From Azolla caroliniana (Eukaryota > Plantae > Polypodiophyta), in contig JBHGNT010001029.1 in assembly GCA_043228905.1 (NCBI GenBank), positions 1-12,835 of the forward strand: a stretch of 12,835 nt of DNA, written 5' to 3'. The position numbers and the translations under genes were made by a program. Of the stretch, positions 7,170 to 12,835 are shown in pieces (within the stretch, counting starts at the first letter, position 1; every line of letters begins with the position of its first letter). The notes beneath the pieces are model-generated. The model did no database searches. It saw nothing but the letters and a program-made list of their open reading frames with translations, and had not been told where the DNA came from.

Positions 7170-10025
7170 TCAGTCTTCCTTCAAATTATCAGGCAAACTC
7201 CGCTCCGAGGTTTCAAGTGTTGTTTTGCCTGTGCCGTCTCCGACGTCCGATTGGATTGGCTGCCTTTTCGCATCTTGCTGCTCCGACTCTGCTTGTACCG
7301 GTGGTACCGGTGTTTCTTCTGTATCCTGTCTGGGTCTGTCCTGCTCCACCTCCGTTCCGTTCCCGGTATCGCTCTCTCCGGTTTCCACTGGTTGTGTCCT
7401 TACCTCCCCGGATTCGGTACTTCTCTGTCTCCACTCTGCATCATCCCCGGCATCAACCTGCTCTTGCTCCGGAAGTTCTTCCTCGGGTACATTGTTGGTT
7501 GGGTCCTCTTCAGCCGGTCGCTCGCCCTCACTAATGGAGATCGGCGTTGTGTGTCCCTCGGCTTCCTGTCGCAGTCGGTCCTTCTCGTACCCTTCCAATT
7601 CTAGTTGGGTTTCGAGCTGTCCGTCGTCCAACCTCTCTACTAACCCTCGGATTTCCTTGAGATGTTCTTCTGCTAGAGCATAGAAATCCTCCGACAGTTC
7701 TTCCCGGATGTTGACGATACTTTCTTCGTCCATTTTATAGAACCCATCTCCGTTTTTCTTCCGATTTTCTGCATCAGCTCGGAGTATCTGCAGTTCAGCT
7801 GCCTGTTGTGCCCATTCCTTCCAGAGTTTCTCCGTGCTTTCATTTATGCTGGCCTGAGCTCGGGTACTCCAGCTTGACATGATGAACTTAATTCGGTCAA
7901 CCCCTGCTTTAGCCTGTTCCGAAGCTGCTTGTTTTTCCTTCCTTATCCGTTTGATGATGTCGGCCATTAACTGAGCTTGAGCTTCCGAGTCGACTTTTTG
8001 CTTGTCACAGGTACTCCGCCATTTGTTGATTTCGAAAGTCGCCTTCACTTTTTCCTCGTTCCAACTCTTTGTCAGCTCCCCTACTTTCTGCCGAAGTACT
8101 TCCATCTCTTTTCTTTGTTCCGACGTCAAGGTCTTCTCCACCGATACTTCCTCCCTTGCTTTGGACAATTCCAAGCGGTTTTCCTTGAGCTGCTCTTTCA
8201 GCTTTTCTATCTGTCGGTCATACGTTGCTGCCTGATTCTTGATGTCCGACGTGGCCTGTTTATAATCCTTACATAGTCGGTCGAATTCCTCCGTCTTCTG
8301 TTTTAGGCGTCGGTTCGCCTGATCTCGCAACCGATCATCCCGGTCCTTTTGTTGTCGGAGTTCCTCTCGCAACCGCTCGATTTCCTGCTCCAGTCGTCGG
8401 CGCAGCCTATCTTTTTCCTTTTGCAGTGTCCCGTTTTCTTCTTGTAGTCGGTCATTGGTGGCTTTGCTTCGGCGAAGGCCTTCCTCCATTCGCCGTCTGT
8501 CGTCTTCTACCAACTTCCGCTGCTCTCTTTCGTTATCTCTCAATGCCTCCTGAGCCTGTAATTCTTCTTTCAAAGTTGCTATTAACTTCTCGGTCTCAGG
8601 GCCGGTTTGCAAGGCCTTCTCCGTTTCTGGTTCGGCTTGCTTTTCTGATGTCCCGACCGGCTCGGTGCCATCTTGCGCTTGTCGGCTGCCTTCTTTTGCC
8701 TGTGCTAGCTCTTCTTGCAGCCCATGTAATTGTGCCCGGAGCATGATCATATCTTTAGTCGTCGTCCTAGTTACTTGTTCCCTTTGCTCCTCCTCTTTCT
8801 CCATCTGGTCTGCTACTCCCGACAACTGCCCTGACACCCACCTTAGCCACTGTGCCTTTGTTCTGCCTTCGTTGGTGTGAGCAGGCGTACCTAGCTCCGA
8901 CTGTTTTTCCGGCCTCTTCTCTTGCTCCGGCGCTTGTTCCTTCCTTGGTTCTTCGAACTCCGCCGCTGTCGGTTCCGGTACTGCCGACTTTGGTGCAGAC
9001 GAACCTTCATCCTGTGTCGCTTCTGTTCCGGTTACTGGTTCTTCCGCCCGTTGTTGAGTTCCGACCGCTGTTGGGGTCGGTCTTGTCGCCCGTTTCTCCT
9101 TCCCTTGCCTGGGTGGTAGTATTAACATCGGTTCGGATGACTCTTCCTCTGTTTCGGCGTCCTCCGTCGCTGCGACTATCGGTTCCTTTACTGGTACCGG
9201 TTCCGATTCGAGCGTTACTGGTTCGGTGTCGGTTTGTCTCTTGCTGGTTTTCTTCGCCAGCTTCTCCTTGCCTTTCTCCGCCTTTTTCTTCTTCGTGGTC
9301 GGTTGCTGTTGCTGTTTCTGTGGCTGTCGTGATGGGCCTTCCTCCCGTTGCTGTCGGGAGGAGTCTTCTTCCCGCGGTTGTCGAGATGAGCCTTCTTTCC
9401 GCGGCTGTTCTTCTTCCTGTGTCCATCCTGGAGTGTGTTTCTCTAGGATTCGTCGGCGTTTCATGGTTTGCTTCGGGGTAGTCTCCTGCCGACTTCTTTG
9501 CTTGTGCTTGATGGGGGACACCGGTGGGACCAACACTGTTAACCATTGGGATATTCCGGACCATGGCTTCTTCCCTTCCACCAAGTGCTTGATCGCCTCT
9601 TGCAGTCCTTCGGTGATGAAGTGGAGCCAGTCCACCTGCAGGCCTTCGAATGTCGCGGCGACGATCGCTGCTCGGTATTTGGCTTTGGCTGCCGGACGAG
9701 GGTTCACGAACCCATACTCCATCAGGGCGCGGGCCACCTCTCCGAACAGCAGGTTCTCTCCGCCCTGTGTGCGATACGCCTTGCTGCTGAGGGAATATTC
9801 GCCGAAATACTCGAAGAATATTTGGCTCGAGGGTAGCTCTATTGTTTGAAGTCCTCCCTCCGAAATCCCTGTGAGCGCTTGTACCGCTCCTTCAGTGACC
9901 TCTGCTAAGTCTACCGCTGTTGCCGCCTGCTCTGGTTCCTTGTGTGGTGGAGCATCAGCGACCCGCAGCAGCCCTCCTAATCCGTTCTCCGTCAGCCATT
10001 GTCGCGCTCCGTCCGACAGTGCCAT
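7170..10025 (-). CDS. Retrotransposon accessory ORF, ~951 aa: globular N-domain, disordered linker, long coiled coil, acidic tail
   Basis: The frame is open for more than 3 kb (track ORF 7170..10262 begins at a GTG). The first ATG downstream of the TATA box is at 10025 (MALSDGARQWL). An E/K/R/Q/L heptad-rich region spans ~8860-7560. Confidence 0.88.
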   Translation of the reverse strand: MALSDGARQWLTENGLGGLLRVADAPPHKEPEQAATAVDLAEVTEGAVQALTGISEGGLQTIELPSSQIFFEYFGEYSLSSKAYRTQGGENLLFGEVARALMEYGFVNPRPAAKAKYRAAIVAATFEGLQVDWLHFITEGLQEAIKHLVEGKKPWSGISQWLTVLVPPVSPIKHKQRSRQETTPKQTMKRRRILEKHTPGWTQEEEQPRKEGSSRQPREEDSSRQQREEGPSRQPQKQQQQPTTKKKKAEKGKEKLAKKTSKRQTDTEPVTLESEPVPVKEPIVAATEDAETEEESSEPMLILPPRQGKEKRATRPTPTAVGTQQRAEEPVTGTEATQDEGSSAPKSAVPEPTAAEFEEPRKEQAPEQEKRPEKQSELGTPAHTNEGRTKAQWLRWVSGQLSGVADQMEKEEEQREQVTRTTTKDMIMLRAQLHGLQEELAQAKEGSRQAQDGTEPVGTSEKQAEPETEKALQTGPETEKLIATLKEELQAQEALRDNEREQRKLVEDDRRRMEEGLRRSKATNDRLQEENGTLQKEKDRLRRRLEQEIERLREELRQQKDRDDRLRDQANRRLKQKTEEFDRLCKDYKQATSDIKNQAATYDRQIEKLKEQLKENRLELSKAREEVSVEKTLTSEQRKEMEVLRQKVGELTKSWNEEKVKATFEINKWRSTCDKQKVDSEAQAQLMADIIKRIRKEKQAASEQAKAGVDRIKFIMSSWSTRAQASINESTEKLWKEWAQQAAELQILRADAENRKKNGDGFYKMDEESIVNIREELSEDFYALAEEHLKEIRGLVERLDDGQLETQLELEGYEKDRLRQEAEGHTTPISISEGERPAEEDPTNNVPEEELPEQEQVDAGDDAEWRQRSTESGEVRTQPVETGESDTGNGTEVEQDRPRQDTEETPVPPVQAESEQQDAKRQPIQSDVGDGTGKTTLETSERSLPDNLKED
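9322..9407 (-). repeat. 27-bp coding tandem repeat, three copies (QPRKEGSSR/QPREEDSSR/QQREEGPSR)
   Basis: Units lie at 9322-9348, 9349-9375 and 9376-9402. Confidence 0.9.
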
Positions 10026-10160
10026 CGCTTCTTCTTCGTTTGCTGCTGCCTGTGGTCTGAGGTCGGGGTGTAGGTGTTCTCCGCGTCGGATCTTGCTGTT
10101 ATGAGCCTGCGTTTGCTTGTGGGAAAATTCGTAAAAAGTGAACCCTTCCCCGGTTCTTCC

Positions 10161-10470
10161 TTTATATAGTGGCGTTTCCCTCGAGCCGCCTTTTCCTGTT
10201 TTTCGCGCGTGCGTATCTTCTGCCATAATTAGCATCTTACTTTTTAATTTCGGCGTCTGCACGTCCTCTGCCTCGAATAGTATGTCCTATTTATGGCGCC
10301 TGCGCATGCTCTGTCATGAATAGCATGTCTGTCCTTTGCTGCCGCGTGTCATGCCTGCGCTTCTTTGGCGCGTGTCGAATCTCCTATGTGTCTGTCATTA
10401 TGACTCCTTGATTGCCGCGCGTGTTAAATCTTGTACACCGGCCTCCCACGTTCTGCGCTTTAAATAGCTC
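10161..10470 (-). promoter_or_regulatory. Putative internal promoter of the accessory ORF
   Basis: CTATATAAAGG (core 10161-10168) sits ~135 bp upstream of the ATG. Upstream of it are four CGCGTG copies and E2F-consensus octamers. Confidence 0.55.
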
Positions 10471-10540
10471 GTGCACCCGTGTGACGGTTGTAACTACTTC
10501 CTTCATTACATTGATTTCTAACCGTAGCACCACGTCATCA

Positions 10541-10633
10541 TTTTTTATTTTTATTTTTTTTTTTTATTTTATTTTTTTTATTTTTATTTTTTTTATTTTT
10601 TTTATTTTTTTTATTTTTTTATTATTTTTTTTT
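10541..10633 (-). repeat. 93-bp A/T-only (AnT)n tract just after the pol stop
   Basis: Contains only T and A on +, and reads as A-runs with many AATAAA hexamers on the element strand. Confidence 0.95.
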
Positions 10634-10648
10634 AAAATCTGTGCCTCA

Positions 10649-12835
10649 TCATTGTTCGGTTCCCCCCGATATGTTCGGGTCGGTGTGCACTGTTGTCAGT
10701 TCCTCGTCGTTGTTACGCGTCGGTGTCGGTTCCTCGCCATTCGGGTTTTCCGGGTTTTGCTTGAAGGGGTTAGCTGGCATGTGCCCTTTATACGGTTTTA
10801 GGCGAAACCCATTTGCCCATTTACCCACAACTTCTCCTGACAACGTCCCGAGCTGGTAAGTCCCATTGTACTCCTTTGTGATCCAGAATGGTCCGGTCCA
10901 CCGAAATCGCAATTTCCCCGGCATGTTCCCCATCCGTGTCTGGAACAGCAATACTGGTTTCCCGACTTCGAATTCCTTTTCGTTACCGCGCCGATGTCGG
11001 TCTACAAAGGCTTTCCTCCTCCTTTGCTCTAGTTCTAGCTGTAGTAGGCTGGCTATTCGATTTTCTTCCAGTTCTAACAGCATCTTCAGCCGGATTCGTT
11101 CGGATTCCTTCTCGCTTAACCGCTCCTTAACCTGTATTCTTAAGCTAGGAATTTGGAATTCTACTGGCATGACTGCTTCCAAGCCGAATGCCAGTCGGAA
11201 CGGGGTCGTCCGGATGCTAGTCTTGTACGCCGTTCGGTACGCCCACAGCACGCTCTGCAACTTCGTGTCCCAGTCGGTCCGGTTCTCATTGACGATTTTT
11301 CTAAGGATGTTCTGTAGCGTTTTGTTTGTTGATTCCGCTAATCCGTTGGCTTGAGGGTAGTAGGGAGTGCTTCGTTTGTGTACTACCGCATAGAATGACG
11401 TCAAACTTTCCACCACCTGCCCGAGGAAATGTCCTCCTTGGTCACTGATCAGCTCAATCGGGCATCCGTACCGACACCATATGCATTCATATAAAAATTT
11501 GGCCGTGGATGCCGCCGTGTTGTCCCGTAGTGCCTTTGCTTCTACCCATTTGGTGCAGTAGTCGGTAGCCACTATTATATACCGATTTCCGGTCCGCATT
11601 GCCGGTGGCTTAAAGGGGCCGACAAAGTCCAAGCCCCACTTTTGGAATGGTTCTAATGGCAAGACCGGGTGATGTGGCATCCGGGCCTGCTCCGTGGGTT
11701 GGCCCAGTCGTTGACAGAGGTCGCATTCCCTGCTATACTTAACGGCATCTCTCATGGTAGTAGGCCACCATAGTCCGCTCTGCCATATCTTCCGGGCTGT
11801 TGTTTCGCCGGCATAATGCCCGCCTGCAATTCCACAGTGGGCTTCCCTCAGGATCAGATCCTTTTCATCGCTCCGCACTGCTCGTCTCCATACGCCATCT
11901 GCCCCCTTGTGATAGAGGGTGTCTCCTACCAAGCAGAAATGTCTGCTCCGTACTGCCATCCTCTTCCGTTCGTCTCGGTCCAAGTTTTCCGGGGGAACTC
12001 CGGTGCTCAGGAACTGATGCATTTCGGTTAACCATTTGTCTTCGTCCGCTACTGTGGTCTCCGTTGCCGGTGCCGTCGTGACCTTAAACAGCTCGGCGTC
12101 GGGAAATTCATCCTGTACGCCGTCCCCTGATTCTCCGGATTCTAGTCTGCTCAGGTAGTCTGCTACCGCATGCTGCACCCCGGGTCGGTGGAAAATGTCG
12201 AATTCGAATTCCTGTAATAGCAGCGTCCACCGTGCGAGTTTTCCTGTCAGGGCTGCCTTTGAGACCAGGTAGAGTAGTGCCGAGTGGTCAACGTGGAAGG
12301 AGAACTTTCGTCCGAGCAGATAGTGCCTGTACTTTGTGACGCTGTACACCATTCCTAATGCCTCTCGTTCCGTTGTAGAGTAGTTCCGTTCGGCTTTCGA
12401 GAGTTTCCTGCTTGCGTAGTACACCGGCCGATACCATTTCGGTTCCGTGAGTTGCATCAAAACACTGCCGATTGCTACGTCCGACGCGTCGACGAAGACG
12501 TGAAAGCTTTTACTCCAGTCCGGCGGCTGCACCACCGGAGCTTGTGACAGCATGACCTTCAACGCTTGGTAGGCTGCCTCCTCCATTTCTGTCCATTGGA
12601 AAGGTACTCTATGTACAGCAGCGTGCAATGGTGTCGCAAAGTCGGCAAGGTGCCGTATCATCCGACTATGCCACCTTATTTGACCAAGGAATCGGCTTAA
12701 AGCTTTTGCGCTATTCGGTGCCGGTGCGTCGAGAATTGCTTTTACCTTATCCGGATCTACCGCGATTCCTTCTCGACTCACCACGTGGCCTAACAAATTG
12801 CCACTTGCGACTCCGAAGACGCACTTAGCCGGGTT
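10649..12835 (-). CDS. pol: Gypsy Pol C-terminal part: RT end, RNase H, integrase (partial, continues past the window)
   Basis: The frame is open to the edge (NPAKCVFGVASGNLLGHVVS). RH motifs are VDASD, NYSTTERE, VDHSAL and VADYLSR. IN motifs are H-x6-H...CDLC, GLDFVG, ISDQG, NGLAESTN and the GPY/F motif RWTGPF. Confidence 0.97.
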   Translation of the reverse strand, partial: NPAKCVFGVASGNLLGHVVSREGIAVDPDKVKAILDAPAPNSAKALSRFLGQIRWHSRMIRHLADFATPLHAAVHRVPFQWTEMEEAAYQALKVMLSQAPVVQPPDWSKSFHVFVDASDVAIGSVLMQLTEPKWYRPVYYASRKLSKAERNYSTTEREALGMVYSVTKYRHYLLGRKFSFHVDHSALLYLVSKAALTGKLARWTLLLQEFEFDIFHRPGVQHAVADYLSRLESGESGDGVQDEFPDAELFKVTTAPATETTVADEDKWLTEMHQFLSTGVPPENLDRDERKRMAVRSRHFCLVGDTLYHKGADGVWRRAVRSDEKDLILREAHCGIAGGHYAGETTARKIWQSGLWWPTTMRDAVKYSRECDLCQRLGQPTEQARMPHHPVLPLEPFQKWGLDFVGPFKPPAMRTGNRYIIVATDYCTKWVEAKALRDNTAASTAKFLYECIWCRYGCPIELISDQGGHFLGQVVESLTSFYAVVHKRSTPYYPQANGLAESTNKTLQNILRKIVNENRTDWDTKLQSVLWAYRTAYKTSIRTTPFRLAFGLEAVMPVEFQIPSLRIQVKERLSEKESERIRLKMLLELEENRIASLLQLELEQRRRKAFVDRHRRGNEKEFEVGKPVLLFQTRMGNMPGKLRFRWTGPFWITKEYNGTYQLGTLSGEVVGKWANGFRLKPYKGHMPANPFKQNPENPNGEEPTPTRNNDEELTTVHTDPNISGGTEQ

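Larger units (their letters stand above)
6634..12835 (-). mobile_element. Ty3/gypsy non-chromovirus LTR retrotransposon (Athila/Phygy/Selgy-like organisation), 3' half, with an extra ORF
   Basis: RT-RH-IN order, no chromodomain, no second RNase H between RH and IN, an extra ORF before the 3' LTR, and uninterrupted reading frames. Confidence 0.9.

Noticed and set aside
7170-10025. True retroviral envelope gene, or captured host SMC/myosin
   Set aside because: No hydrophobic TM segment or signal peptide, and no Walker A/B or motor motifs. Coiled-coil similarity alone is non-specific.
10026-10262. N-terminal 79-aa extension of the 1030-aa track ORF
   Set aside because: It starts at a GTG and spans the TATA box. 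The in-frame ATG near 10226 is also upstream of the TATA, so ATG 10025 is preferred, though the longer form is not fully excluded.
10541-10633. Poly(A) tail of an inserted LINE, SINE or retrocopy
   Set aside because: It directly follows the pol stop with no intervening element body, and no TSD is evident.
10649-10760. Chromodomain at the integrase C-terminus
   Set aside because: The tail after RLKPY is short, P/N/E/T-rich and disordered, and lacks the chromodomain aromatic motifs.
7085-12828. Numerous plus-strand and alternate-frame ORFs overlapping the accessory ORF and pol
   Set aside because: They are Ser/Leu/Phe/Cys-rich shadows expected opposite purine-rich coding DNA.

Overview
Eukaryotic, almost certainly plant, repeat-rich DNA made entirely of nested LTR retrotransposons, with no host gene. 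A non-seed plant host is a tentative inference. From left to right: (1) the U5 end of a copia-type LTR (+, 1-~120); (2) a decayed Ty3/gypsy-like gag with its probable 5' LTR remnant (-, ~122-1620); (3) a decayed Tnt1-like Ty1/copia element (-, 1621-6633; 3' LTR 1621-2119, PPT, RH-RT-IN-PR, Gag zinc knuckle); (4) a 1165-bp solo LTR with 10-bp inverted termini and a 4-bp TSD inserted exactly into the copia protease active-site codons (5225-6389); (5) a young, intact-looking non-chromovirus Ty3/gypsy element (-, 6634 to window end). The most notable feature is in element 5: between pol and the 3' LTR lies an intact ~951-aa sense-strand accessory ORF (globular N-domain, 9-aa repeats and NLS, very long coiled coil, acidic tail, no obvious transmembrane helix). 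It appears to have its own TATA/E2F/CGCGTG promoter and is separated from pol by a 93-bp A/T-only tract.
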